DNA of 64,000 nucleotides from an uncultured virus (IMG/VR IMGVR_UViG_3300005918_000015). Taxonomy: Duplodnaviria > Heunggongvirae > Uroviricota > Caudoviricetes. Below are positions 15,742 to 25,134 of the stretch, in pieces; the first letter of the stretch is position 1, and the number at the start of each line of letters is the position of its first letter. The stretch lies in the IMG/VR virus record IMGVR_UViG_3300005918_000015; one strand, given 5' to 3'. A program made the position numbers and the translations under genes. The notes under the pieces were generated by a model, which was given only the letters and a program-made list of their open reading frames with translations, was not told where the DNA came from and ran no database searches.

Positions 15742-15992
15742 CCTTCACCTTTACCACTTGTTGACCGTCCAAGCCCCTTGAAGTTGTACCAATAGTCAGC
15801 AGATCCTGAACGATAGGTATTTACTACCTCTTTGTCATTTTCCAACTCCACCATGATAATCCATTGTCCGTCTTCCGAAGGGGTCGGGAGAGGGTCGGTT
15901 CTGTTAATTTTAATCTTCCACATTATTTTTTCCTCTGTTAAATTGTTTTTTTCCAGCACATCGGCAGATTGTCCTTTGATATGTACTTTCAT
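15702..15992 (-). CDS. Hypothetical protein
   Basis: Operon-packed; C-terminal WAWI is shared with the frameshifted gene 17962-18241. Confidence 0.65.
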   Translation of the reverse strand: MKVHIKGQSADVLEKNNLTEEKIMWKIKINRTDPLPTPSEDGQWIIMVELENDKEVVNTYRSGSADYWYNFKGLGRSTSGKGEGWNPVVGWAWIKK

Positions 15993-16378
15993 TTTATCAC
16001 CGATTTGTATTCGTTAAAAAGTTCAAGAAATCGAGTTTTAGCTTTATTTTCTGTTAGTCCATCACCAGGGTCATCAAAAACACCTATGGCAATGTTGGTA
16101 CCATATGTACCAGCTACTATCATTGGCCCATCAAAACACACAACTGCCAGATTATTTTGGTGTTTAGATGCTTGGTGGATAATGCTATGTATTTTTTCCC
16201 ACAAGGCATCTAAAGAATTTCGTTCCAAATACACTCTAGGGAGCAATACCAATTCCTCATCCTTTAATTCATCTTTAATACGACTATCCCCAGCATAGAC
16301 TGTAACAGCCTGACCTTTTGCTTTACTAAAAGCAGCTAGTGGAAACACGAGGGCTTGAATGTTATACAGGATGTTCAT
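15989..16378 (-). CDS. Hypothetical protein
   Basis: ATGA overlaps on both sides. Confidence 0.7.
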   Translation of the reverse strand: MNILYNIQALVFPLAAFSKAKGQAVTVYAGDSRIKDELKDEELVLLPRVYLERNSLDALWEKIHSIIHQASKHQNNLAVVCFDGPMIVAGTYGTNIAIGVFDDPGDGLTENKAKTRFLELFNEYKSVIK

Positions 16379-16610
16379 TTTGCTTCTTCTTCCAATAATA
16401 AATCTTCACCAAAGAGCTGGATAAATTCGGATCGGGTCATAGCCCTAAAACCATCCCCATCTTTAATTACTGCTGGGGTTTTCTCATCATCCACTTTGAA
16501 GCCTGCTTCGATGGCATCCTGCCTTGACATAACCACACGAGCTGATGTTAGTGGGTGTTTGTTTAAAAGCTCAAAGGCTTCATCTAAGGTTTTATTGTCG
16601 AGCTTATCCA

Positions 16611-17108
16611 TCAAATGCTTTCATAGAGTTGGAGGTAAAGTTTCACTTCACCTGTAATGCCCAGTTTGGTAGCTTCAGCAGTAATTTCATCAGCATGAGC
16701 CTGAAGTTCTGAGATTGTAAATCCTGTTTCTCCCCCACCACCTTCGGTACTGCTATAACCTAAGAGATGCCCGAACACTAAAGTGTCAGGATCTCCCTCA
16801 CCGATAGTTTTGGGGTCTGCATCATGGACACAGAATCCGTTCATACCTGATTGTTTCAGGTCTTCCCAAAGGCCATCAGAATCTTGAGCATCAAGAGTTT
16901 TCCCAAACCATGTCAATAATTTTGGTGTTGGAATTTCTTCCCATTCTTCCCGTACAGCTTTTCCACAGATAGGACAAAACTTAGGGACGGGAGCCTCATA
17001 GACATGACCATCCTCACACACGAAACGAGATTCAGTTGAAAATGTGAAAAACTGATCTTGTGTAACCTTGATCCCCATAATATGTCGAGCATATGCATCG
17101 TATCCCAT
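16611..17108 (-). CDS. Hypothetical zinc-ribbon protein
   Basis: CEDGH...FCPICG motif; GAGG RBS. Confidence 0.75.
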   Translation of the reverse strand: MGYDAYARHIMGIKVTQDQFFTFSTESRFVCEDGHVYEAPVPKFCPICGKAVREEWEEIPTPKLLTWFGKTLDAQDSDGLWEDLKQSGMNGFCVHDADPKTIGEGDPDTLVFGHLLGYSSTEGGGGETGFTISELQAHADEITAEATKLGITGEVKLYLQLYESI

Positions 17109-17111
17109 TGT

Positions 17112-17516
17112 TTACCTCATTCCTGAGTTGTCCGGAACCTGATCTCCGTTATTTATTGTTACAGTACGTCTGGAGAACATCCCTTTCAGGGCATCCAATA
17201 ATTTGTTTTTCATATCCTGAGTTCCATACAGATGGATTTCAGCAACCAAACTACCCTGCCGGATTACAGCAACTGTCACTCCATAACCTCCACAGATACC
17301 ACCTCCCTCTGAAGGGACAAAATCGTGGAGTGCTTCATTGTAAGAGAATGAATCAAATACACCTACCAATTCCATAATCCGCATAATTGGAACCCCAACT
17401 ATTAAGTTCCCTACCAGAGTGGGGATTGGAGTTCCTGAGTCTTCGTTTTTCCTGTGTGGTTTGGATGGGAAAGATATTGTGATGTCACTTTTTTCTAAAA
17501 GTCCTTGGTTATCCAT
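17112..17516 (-). CDS. Hypothetical protein
   Basis: AAGGAG RBS; operon-packed. Confidence 0.7.
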   Translation of the reverse strand: MDNQGLLEKSDITISFPSKPHRKNEDSGTPIPTLVGNLIVGVPIMRIMELVGVFDSFSYNEALHDFVPSEGGGICGGYGVTVAVIRQGSLVAEIHLYGTQDMKNKLLDALKGMFSRRTVTINNGDQVPDNSGMR

Positions 17517-17799
17517 AAGTTACTTCTCCTTCGTTTTCCCGTTCAAGTTCCAGAGCTGCCTCAGCATCTTTGAATTCTTCCAACATGTCGGCATCCAGGA
17601 TTTCTTTAATAGTTCGTCTCTTGGCATCAGGAAGGAAATCGGCTAGGAATTGTCGGTGGGTGGTCATTGACCCTGCAGAGGCTGTCATCTCCCACCCTGC
17701 CCCAGTTAAAGCCATCAGCTCTATACTTAACTCAGTGCCTTCTATTATAGACATGACTCCTGAGTACACATAAGGGGATTTTTGTCTCCAAATAATCAT
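17509..17799 (-). CDS. Hypothetical protein
   Basis: AGGAGG RBS before ATG 17799. Confidence 0.65.
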   Translation of the reverse strand: MIIWRQKSPYVYSGVMSIIEGTELSIELMALTGAGWEMTASAGSMTTHRQFLADFLPDAKRRTIKEILDADMLEEFKDAEAALELERENEGEVTYG

Positions 17800-17965
17800 T
17801 TTGATCCTCCTGAATATCGTTCTGCACCAGTTTCTGAATGCCATTCTGGCCAACGTCCGTCAGCTAAACTACCACCGATACACCGATACATCGATACCAA
17901 CCGGTATAGTCGTGGCCATCTATTTCATATTCGTATTTACCATCATATGAGTGCCAGTAAGTCAT
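17796..17965 (-). pseudogene. Small gene broken by an 8-bp tandem duplication
   Basis: caccgata is duplicated at 17873-17888. Removing one copy restores a 53-aa ORF with ATGA overlaps at both ends. Confidence 0.55.
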
Positions 17966-18241
17966 TTGGTTTCCTCTTTGATTTCTCGAATCCATGCCCA
18001 TTGTAGAACGGCACTTGCTTGAGGTCTACTTGCTCCTGATTCTATATCAGTCCAAATTACACCATCATAATCATGGAAAGCTGCTTCAAGGAAACCAATC
18101 ATCCCATTTTTGTTTCTCCACTGGACAATTATAATTGACCCATAGACAGGTTTCTCAGGGAGAGTTTACTCCTTTTTTCCATTTAACTACCCACCCTTCA
18201 TTAAAATGGTGAGCCTTTGGTTTTTCAAATTCTTTAGTCAT
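17962..18241 (-). pseudogene. Gene with a +1 frameshift, resembling 15702..15992
   Basis: GGAGGAGG RBS; MTKEFEK...WKKGV continues in the +1 frame as TLPEKPVYGSIIIVQW...VLQWAWIREIKEETK*; 280 nt = 93 codons + 1. Confidence 0.5.
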
Positions 18242-18255
18242 CGTCTTCCTCCTCC

Positions 18256-19038
18256 TTAAAATAAATTAAGTATATTAATTTCAACTTCTTGTTTGGAGAT
18301 ACGTTTTACAGCACCATCAAAGATTTCAGGATCTAATTCAATCCCTATAAAACCTCTGTTCAGTTCTATACAAGCAACCCCTGTTGTTCCTGATCCCATA
18401 GTGAAATCTAATACTAACTCATTTTCATTTGTGTAAGTTTTAACTAAATAAGTCATTAGTGCAACAGGCTTTTGGGTGGGGTGAAGTTTACTACCTTTTG
18501 GGGTGTTTGGAACACTTTTAAATTTTAACACCGTTTTGGGATTTACCTTTGTTTCATTATAAAATTTTGCTTTTTGGTTTCCCATTTTTATGTGATTAGA
18601 CTTGTTACTATTTCCCTGAAGTTTATATTTTGCTCTATCAAGGCTACTACTGTTTCTCTCGGCTAATTGCTTATTAAAAGTTGGCTTTCCTTTGTTTATA
18701 AAAATGCTTATTGTTTCATGATATTTCATAGGCATATATGAACTTTGTGCCATTCCTGTTGGCATTGATTTTTGCCATATCCAATCATATTTATAATTCT
18801 TAATATTGCTCATTCTCAAAGCACTTGAAAATGGTTCACTACCAAATAAAACAATAGCCCCATTTGGTTTTATTAATTTGTTTAACCGTTCCCACAGTTC
18901 ATCAAAAGGGATAATAAAATCCCATTTACATGCCGTGGTACCATAAGGGGGGTCCGTTATGATAGCATCTACTACAACCCCCTTTTTAATTAAAAAGTCC
19001 ATCTCTTTCAGACAATCCCCATTTATAAGATTAATCAT
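18256..19038 (-). CDS. DNA amino-methyltransferase (N6-A/N4-C, beta class)
   Basis: DPPY, HPTQKP, LDFTMGSGTTG motifs. Confidence 0.93.
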   Translation of the reverse strand: MINLINGDCLKEMDFLIKKGVVVDAIITDPPYGTTACKWDFIIPFDELWERLNKLIKPNGAIVLFGSEPFSSALRMSNIKNYKYDWIWQKSMPTGMAQSSYMPMKYHETISIFINKGKPTFNKQLAERNSSSLDRAKYKLQGNSNKSNHIKMGNQKAKFYNETKVNPKTVLKFKSVPNTPKGSKLHPTQKPVALMTYLVKTYTNENELVLDFTMGSGTTGVACIELNRGFIGIELDPEIFDGAVKRISKQEVEINILNLF

Positions 19039-19943
19039 TTTCCCTCTTCCTCAATGATCTCCTCAATGTAAATAGCTCCGACCCCCAAATCGTCGTAATG
19101 TTGCCATTGCTTTTTCGGGAGAGTTTTCTTCTCAAAGGCATTAAGCCTACGTTTTACAAAAGAACCCTTCAGGTTCTTAAAACCCACTATATGAGGAAGA
19201 ACTTCAGCCAGAGGAACAGGGACTGGGGAAAGGTCACTGATATCTTGAAAAGATTCAACTCCATCACTCATCAAAACTACCAAATCTGTGTCTCTGGGAT
19301 CTACAAGGAACGTGAAGTCTGGAAAACTTTCCAGTTCATCAGGAGTCCATTCCCAGATGGCTTTTTCTTCACCATCCACAATAACAGTTACTTTCCGGCC
19401 ACCGAAACCAGCCTTTTTCAGAGCTTCCATTCGGTCAGGGCTGCTAAAGTACGAAGGATAAGCTGGAGCACCCCCCTGGTCGATAATGTAAGTTTCAAGA
19501 GAACCATTCCGACGCCGGACTGACACCACACCATCTCCAAAGACCTGAACCTTGATGTAACCGGTAGGTGTGGAGTAAGCTGCCATCAATGTGGCATCCA
19601 AACACCCCTCCGATAATTCTCTCGGATGTTCTGCAAACCACATCAATCTTTGAACATCAATATTTTTGATCGGCCCTCCTTGAATACACCTTTGTGCTGA
19701 AAGAACCAAAGACCGAGACCCAAAATCGGTATCCTTAGAAGAAGAACATCCATCTGATACAAACACAGCTACAGAGGGTGTTATCTCTTTAAAATCAAAA
19801 CACCTTGAATAATCCTCACAGACGTGGTGGGAGGAACCAATGGTGAAATAATCATCCGTGTGAAAATGGAACTTCCGGCCATCCTCAATAGGTTTGCCCA
19901 ACGGGGGGAAAAACCTCAAATATCGTGAAATGTCAGGCTGCAT
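19035..19943 (-). CDS. PP2C-like protein phosphatase (TerY-P type)
   Basis: GSSH..CEDY, VSDGCSS, ATL, GDG, MSDG, DD motifs. Confidence 0.85.
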   Translation of the reverse strand: MQPDISRYLRFFPPLGKPIEDGRKFHFHTDDYFTIGSSHHVCEDYSRCFDFKEITPSVAVFVSDGCSSSKDTDFGSRSLVLSAQRCIQGGPIKNIDVQRLMWFAEHPRELSEGCLDATLMAAYSTPTGYIKVQVFGDGVVSVRRRNGSLETYIIDQGGAPAYPSYFSSPDRMEALKKAGFGGRKVTVIVDGEEKAIWEWTPDELESFPDFTFLVDPRDTDLVVLMSDGVESFQDISDLSPVPVPLAEVLPHIVGFKNLKGSFVKRRLNAFEKKTLPKKQWQHYDDLGVGAIYIEEIIEEEGK

Positions 19944-19960
19944 AGTAAAACTCCTTTGAA

Positions 19961-20704
19961 TCAGAAAGTGATGGACTGTGAAGGACCGCCGGTGCCCAGA
20001 GCTTGGGACTGGCTGGAAATCGACTTCGAGATGAAGTTGGCCAGCTTTGCCAGTTCGTTGGCTGTGGCATTGGCAATGGCCACATACTGCTGGAATCCAC
20101 CGTTGTCACGGTAATCTTCCAGGTAGTGATTCAGGCCATTTGCAGCATCGGTGTTGACACCAATAAGAACCGGCATGATGGACTCAACTGCTTCATCGGT
20201 CTTGGCTTCACGGATGGCATCAGCCACCATCTTCATCGAAACACTGGAGCAGTTGTCATCACCATCGGTAATAACGAACACAGCCGAATTGACAGCATAA
20301 TCCTGTTCGGTCAAGTCCCGACCAAAATCGGTCATTGCTTTGACCGCATTGTAAGTGGCATCAAACAGTGAAGTTCCACCACCGGGACGGATAGTGCCGT
20401 CATACAGGTTGTCATTGCAGTTGGAGAGGAGTTGGAACCCGTGGATTTCATCAACACGAGTGTTGAAATAAACCACACGTAACATCAGGTTATCCACACG
20501 TTTGTCCTTCTGACAGGCACGAGCGACGGTTTTGACAGCTTCTTCGATGTCCTTTCCGAACCCTGTTACGGAACCTGACACATCAACCACGAGGGTGACG
20601 AGGGTGTATTCGGAAGCTCCTGTCAGGGATTCAATCTTCTGGGCAGAAAATCCGTAGTTGGAACCGGCAATGGTTTTCATTTCCATGTCATCAGTAAATT
20701 TCAT
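19961..20704 (-). CDS. vWA-domain protein (TerY-like)
   Basis: MIDAS DVSGS, GGTSLFDA, VITDGDD. Confidence 0.88.
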   Translation of the reverse strand: MKFTDDMEMKTIAGSNYGFSAQKIESLTGASEYTLVTLVVDVSGSVTGFGKDIEEAVKTVARACQKDKRVDNLMLRVVYFNTRVDEIHGFQLLSNCNDNLYDGTIRPGGGTSLFDATYNAVKAMTDFGRDLTEQDYAVNSAVFVITDGDDNCSSVSMKMVADAIREAKTDEAVESIMPVLIGVNTDAANGLNHYLEDYRDNGGFQQYVAIANATANELAKLANFISKSISSQSQALGTGGPSQSITF

Positions 20705-20732
20705 AGCACAATATCCTTTCTTTGCTGGCAGT

Positions 20733-21578
20733 TTAGGCCAGGAAGTCCACCGTAGTGGAAAGTTTCATACCTTTAGCAACCATGTCTTTAACGAATGCAT
20801 CACCGAGGAAATCAAAACCAGGCACGTTTGATGAGGCATCTGTCAACAGAGTGATTTTCTGGATGTACTTCGGGTCACTAAAACTGTCAGCAATATCACG
20901 TCCAGAGTTAGCCAAGCAATGGCTGAGGGCTTCACCCGAAAGGGCAATGATGTCAGCTTCTTCCAGAGTCTGGATCAGGCCAGTGTTGATCTGAGTTGTA
21001 GGATCATCAGGATCTGGCACTTGAGCTTTAACAGCACCAAAATGCTCGGTGAAGATGTTGGAACCTTTAGTAACATAGTTAGTTACTGCAATCTGAGCTT
21101 CCCATTCGTGGATAGCATCCAGCAGTTCAGGAACGATACAAGCACCCCAACTACCGATCAAGCAATGAACTGGCCAGATGCAATGTGGGTAACGGCCTGT
21201 GGCATCCAGATCTTCCAAGTATTTAGTAACTTTTGGAAGGAAACTGAACTTGACTGTGGTGTATTCCTCAGTCGTCGGGATTTTTTGACCAGTGGCATCC
21301 ATATCACACTTGACGATTTTACCATTGTCAAGGCCAAGAATAGTGAAGGGGTCAGGAGCAGCACCATCACTGACACGTTTCCACATCGTGGGGTGGCTGA
21401 TGTCCAGATAATGGTGACTATCCAGAGTAACGTGGATATCGTCCAGTTTACCTTTGGTACGTTGAATCATGGTTGCCAGACGTTTCATATCTTCGTCTGC
21501 ACCTGGTACGGCCAAGGTTCCTTTTTTGGGGTGACAGAAATCGTTCTGCGGGTCAATGATAAGCAATTGAATGTTCAT
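20733..21578 (-). CDS. pncA: Nicotinamidase / isochorismatase-family cysteine hydrolase
   Basis: IIDPQNDFC, DSH, WPVHC, TKG, GEALSHC catalytic motifs; NAD-salvage context. Confidence 0.85.
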   Translation of the reverse strand: MNIQLLIIDPQNDFCHPKKGTLAVPGADEDMKRLATMIQRTKGKLDDIHVTLDSHHYLDISHPTMWKRVSDGAAPDPFTILGLDNGKIVKCDMDATGQKIPTTEEYTTVKFSFLPKVTKYLEDLDATGRYPHCIWPVHCLIGSWGACIVPELLDAIHEWEAQIAVTNYVTKGSNIFTEHFGAVKAQVPDPDDPTTQINTGLIQTLEEADIIALSGEALSHCLANSGRDIADSFSDPKYIQKITLLTDASSNVPGFDFLGDAFVKDMVAKGMKLSTTVDFLA

Positions 21579-21988
21579 GAGTTATCCTTTCGGGATAAAA
21601 TTGAAATTGAAGGATTAAGTTTTCCTTCTAAAATATCGTCAGCTAATGTAGAATTTAGAGATTCATCACGGATTCTTTGTGTACGTGCCTCCCTTTTCTT
21701 TTTTTCTTCCATTTGTTCGGTATAGGTATCATGAAACTGTTTATGATTATCCAGTTTCTCATCGGTTTCGTGAACGAGTGTCAAGAAAACATGATCCCCG
21801 TAATCCTCATTATGGATTTCCAAATCAATATCAACAAGACCCACTGAGGGAAACTTGCTGGGTGCAAAATCATAAATATCCACGATACTATCCACACCTT
21901 CAGGGATTATAACCGTGTATCGGTATTTTTTTGAGTGGCCAACCTGGACTTCCCGTTTGTGATATTCTTCGTTGTAATCACACATCAT
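21575..21988 (-). CDS. Hypothetical protein
   Basis: Operon-packed; AGGAG RBS. Confidence 0.65.
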   Translation of the reverse strand: MMCDYNEEYHKREVQVGHSKKYRYTVIIPEGVDSIVDIYDFAPSKFPSVGLVDIDLEIHNEDYGDHVFLTLVHETDEKLDNHKQFHDTYTEQMEEKKKREARTQRIRDESLNSTLADDILEGKLNPSISILSRKDNS

Positions 21989-22302
21989 TTATTATCTCCT
22001 GTTCGGCGTACCCGTAGCCATATGGCCAACCATTTATGTTTGTAAGAGAAATCATATTGTTTCTTTCGTACATGGGATGAGTAATCAGCAATAAACCCGT
22101 CTTTAAGCAATCGACCAAGAACCATCGATGCAATATTAATACTGATTCTGGCTGCCTTAGCAACTTCACGAGATGTTGCAATCCCGTTGATAGAGGCCAG
22201 GCTAGCCAGAACTTTACGTTTTTGGGGGGGCAACTCATCCATTGTAGCAGTGAATATAGGAGTCATTTCATCAAGAACTATTTTTTGGTTTTCTGTTAAC
22301 AT
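21985..22302 (-). CDS. Winged-HTH DNA-binding protein
   Basis: KVLASLA...ATSREVAKAARISINIASMVLGRLLKDGFI pattern. Confidence 0.7.
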   Translation of the reverse strand: MLTENQKIVLDEMTPIFTATMDELPPQKRKVLASLASINGIATSREVAKAARISINIASMVLGRLLKDGFIADYSSHVRKKQYDFSYKHKWLAIWLRVRRTGDNK

Positions 22303-23402
22303 TATATCTCCAAACCATTAGACAAAATACCTGCCTTAACCAACTCGGCACGAGTACCGAGACTTGGGATAGCTGGGTTTTCTTTGTGCCGAGTTATCTT
22401 CTCAGCTCTACGAGCAGCCCATAGGTAATCTGCAACTTTGGGTGGTTCCATATCTTTAGGGAAAATACCTTTATCTTTAGAAATCAATATCATATGGTCT
22501 ATTAAACCAGACAGGTTAGGGACATCATCCCGAAACAAAACATCACCTATAGTTAGTTTAGGGAAAGGGGGTTCCATACCTGGAGGGTATAGACCACTTG
22601 CCCAAGCATTAGCATACTTAAATTCCGTATCCAGCAGACGAGACATTCTTTCGATGGTCCCATATTCAATAATCTTGCCTGTTTCAGGATCAACTTTACC
22701 ATAGGTAAAAGATACTCCTGTCCAGCTTTTCAGTTCGTCCTCATCGTTATGGTCATCACCATCACCCCAAAGGTCGGGGGAAGGTTTGACGGAGATCAAT
22801 TCTTTGAAACACTCACCAAGAACTGAATCAGGGTGACGTTGTGAAATGCCCCAAGCCATCTGGAATACTTCTGTTTTGGTCAGCATTTCCATAGGGTTAG
22901 TGTCAACTTCTCCATCCCCACCTTTTTGGTAGAAGCGGAGGAATCGGTCTTCACATTCGTTGCCTGTACCATGACGAAGGCCACCACCATTCAGGCGGTT
23001 AAAGAAACGTCCGATAGGTGCTCGAAGTGTAGACTTAAAAGAACCTACGATAGTAGGGTCGAGTGCTATACGTTCATCAGCAGCCTTACCTAATTTCATT
23101 TTCATATCAAAAACCAGATCATTAAACAGTTCGGTTATATCGAAATCCACGAATTGAGCTTCAAGAGCATCCACTGCTAATTTTCTAGCCCGTTCGGTTT
23201 GTTCAGGGTTTGTATTGATTTTGGAATGAACTAATATAACATTTTCCACACCCAGAGCCTCTATCAACAGGTAAGCCATCACAGCGGAGTCGATGCCACC
23301 AGACAAGTCCAGTTCAGCTTTCTTTATACCACATTCTCTATGGTATGCTTGAATAGCAAAGATTCGGTTTTGTATTAAAAGTTCAATATTTGGTACACTC
23401 AT
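22302..23402 (-). CDS. nadE: NH3-dependent NAD+ synthetase
   Basis: LSGGIDSAV PP-loop, GTGNECE, FYQKGGDG, KPSPDL. Confidence 0.92.
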   Translation of the reverse strand: MSVPNIELLIQNRIFAIQAYHRECGIKKAELDLSGGIDSAVMAYLLIEALGVENVILVHSKINTNPEQTERARKLAVDALEAQFVDFDITELFNDLVFDMKMKLGKAADERIALDPTIVGSFKSTLRAPIGRFFNRLNGGGLRHGTGNECEDRFLRFYQKGGDGEVDTNPMEMLTKTEVFQMAWGISQRHPDSVLGECFKELISVKPSPDLWGDGDDHNDEDELKSWTGVSFTYGKVDPETGKIIEYGTIERMSRLLDTEFKYANAWASGLYPPGMEPPFPKLTIGDVLFRDDVPNLSGLIDHMILISKDKGIFPKDMEPPKVADYLWAARRAEKITRHKENPAIPSLGTRAELVKAGILSNGLEI

Positions 23403-23416
23403 TTTGGTTCTCCTTC

Positions 23417-23451
23417 TATATCAACAACCCACAACTTCGGGAAACTAAGCC
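23417..23451 (-). promoter_or_regulatory. 35-bp phage promoter-like element overlapping the pncB stop
   Basis: GGCTTAGTTTC-N8-GTGGGTTGTTGATATA. Confidence 0.7.
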
Positions 23452-24947
23452 AGTTTTTCAGACATCTCGTTAATTCTCATCACACACAAGGCTTGGTATG
23501 CTCTTGTAGTGGGGCTGAATGCCACATCTTTGTCCAGAGAAGGTCGATCCATCCCAGCCTCTAACAGACTGAATCCAATAGGAGGTTCTTCTCCTGCTTG
23601 GCCAATAATGCCAGTGATCTCAGTAAACTCTGTAAAGCCAGAGGTATTCTGACGGAAAATAACAGGGACACCTGGAAGTGATGCTTTAGCCGGTGCTGAA
23701 TCACAAGTCTTCATTACAGGAACATTGCTGGTCATGCTGAGTTTATAGACTGCCGAAACTCTATCACGGGTCAGATCGGTGAATTCGGGTTTAACGAAGA
23801 ACCCACCAGCACCATACAAACGGCGTTCTTTGATGATACCAAACTTATTACAGAGAGCCTCAAAGTGCAAAACTTTCTTATCGTTGATACTGTCCTCGAA
23901 AATGTAATCTCCATTATCCAAGTCTGCCTGTCCCACACACATTGCAAGCTGGACATCCTGATCTCCAGAATCAAACCTGATAAAGAAATCCCTGTTAGGA
24001 GTTTCTCTCATCACTTTGAAAGCAGCGGGGAGACCTAATTCTATAGGGCTAAAAGTATCTGGCAAACAAGAAGGTTTACCTGATCTCATATCTCTCATAG
24101 CACGACAGGCAGTTAAATCATCTCCCCATCTCAGGATATGTTCATGGCCTGTTGTTCCAACGGCTTTCATACCTAATTTCTCAGCCAGATAAACATTAGA
24201 GGTGCTGTTGATACCGAGATCCTTGAGGACTTGTAGAGCTATCTCGTGCATTTCCATACAGGAGCAAGCTCTCATACCGACTTCAAATAAACGGCTGGGG
24301 TCTTTATCGTCCAGAGCATCAATTAAGGACTGTGCTCTATCTGAAACATCCTGTTCATATCGTTCCTGTTCAACGGTGATGATTCGGGTACTGTCGTCTT
24401 TTCCGATAGCTTTAAGAGTAGCATGGACGATGTTTGCTTCATCCTCACAGGTACACCTGAACTCTTTTTTGTCGTTCAATAAAACTTCCGTAGCTACCTG
24501 AATGGGGAAATGAAGCATCAAGGCCAAAGGTTCCATAACCGAAACAGGAAACGATGGGCATGTGAGTGCAAAGAAAGGTTCTTTCTCACGGACCCATGAA
24601 CCCTTGGGGGCTGCATTGATAGTGACAGAATCTTTATCTTTCAACATCTCAATAGACTCTACCATTCCAGGTGTCAAACTATAACCCATTGAATCCAAAA
24701 AAGAGGCCTCGTGTTGCCGAGGTTGCCCTGTTGGAAGCAATCCTCTAATGACAGTTTCAACGTCAAACGGGACGTAATACATTCCTTTACGTCTGAATGA
24801 CATATAGAAGGTCTCCTCCCGCATTGGGAAACCAGCTTGTGCCATTGCAAATTTATACCCATCGGTCTTCAAAACTGAAGGACCAGAATATACATATCCA
24901 AGGATATGTTCAATCAGTTCTTGTTCGTATGTGAGTTCCATTTTCAT
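23445..24947 (-). CDS. pncB: Nicotinate phosphoribosyltransferase
   Basis: TDGYKFAM, FEVGMRA, TSNV, GTTGHE, PDT, IRFDSGD, AVYKL, KASLPG. Confidence 0.88.
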   Translation of the reverse strand: MKMELTYEQELIEHILGYVYSGPSVLKTDGYKFAMAQAGFPMREETFYMSFRRKGMYYVPFDVETVIRGLLPTGQPRQHEASFLDSMGYSLTPGMVESIEMLKDKDSVTINAAPKGSWVREKEPFFALTCPSFPVSVMEPLALMLHFPIQVATEVLLNDKKEFRCTCEDEANIVHATLKAIGKDDSTRIITVEQERYEQDVSDRAQSLIDALDDKDPSRLFEVGMRACSCMEMHEIALQVLKDLGINSTSNVYLAEKLGMKAVGTTGHEHILRWGDDLTACRAMRDMRSGKPSCLPDTFSPIELGLPAAFKVMRETPNRDFFIRFDSGDQDVQLAMCVGQADLDNGDYIFEDSINDKKVLHFEALCNKFGIIKERRLYGAGGFFVKPEFTDLTRDRVSAVYKLSMTSNVPVMKTCDSAPAKASLPGVPVIFRQNTSGFTEFTEITGIIGQAGEEPPIGFSLLEAGMDRPSLDKDVAFSPTTRAYQALCVMRINEMSEKLA

Positions 24948-24971
24948 ATTTTCAAACCTTCCTTACTTTAT

Positions 24972-25000
24972 AAGTTAGTGTGTCTTTCACACTAAGTCAA
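24972..25000 (-). promoter_or_regulatory. sigma70-like promoter containing an NrtR-type operator (24975-24995)
   Basis: TTGACT-17-TAACTT; the spacer is occupied by the 21-bp palindrome TTAGTGTG-TCTTT-CACACTAA with a GT-N7-AC core. Confidence 0.75.
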
Positions 25001-25029
25001 GCTGTTTCTCAAAAGAACTTCATATTTCT

Positions 25030-25113
25030 TACCCCAACAACCCACAAGAAATGAAAACTAAGCCGAATTTGATTTTTTAGCTTAGTTTCGGGTAGTAGTG
25101 GGTTGTTGTAGTA
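25030..25113. promoter_or_regulatory. Back-to-back pair of 35-bp promoter-like elements
   Basis: Minus copy at 25030-25064 and plus copy at 25079-25113, exactly at the strand switch. Confidence 0.8.
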
Positions 25114-25134
25114 GAACAAAGAAAGGAAAAGATT

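Noticed and set aside
20919..21725. 268-aa plus-strand ORF
   Set aside because: It is antisense to pncA, which has clear catalytic motifs; it has no recognisable domain.
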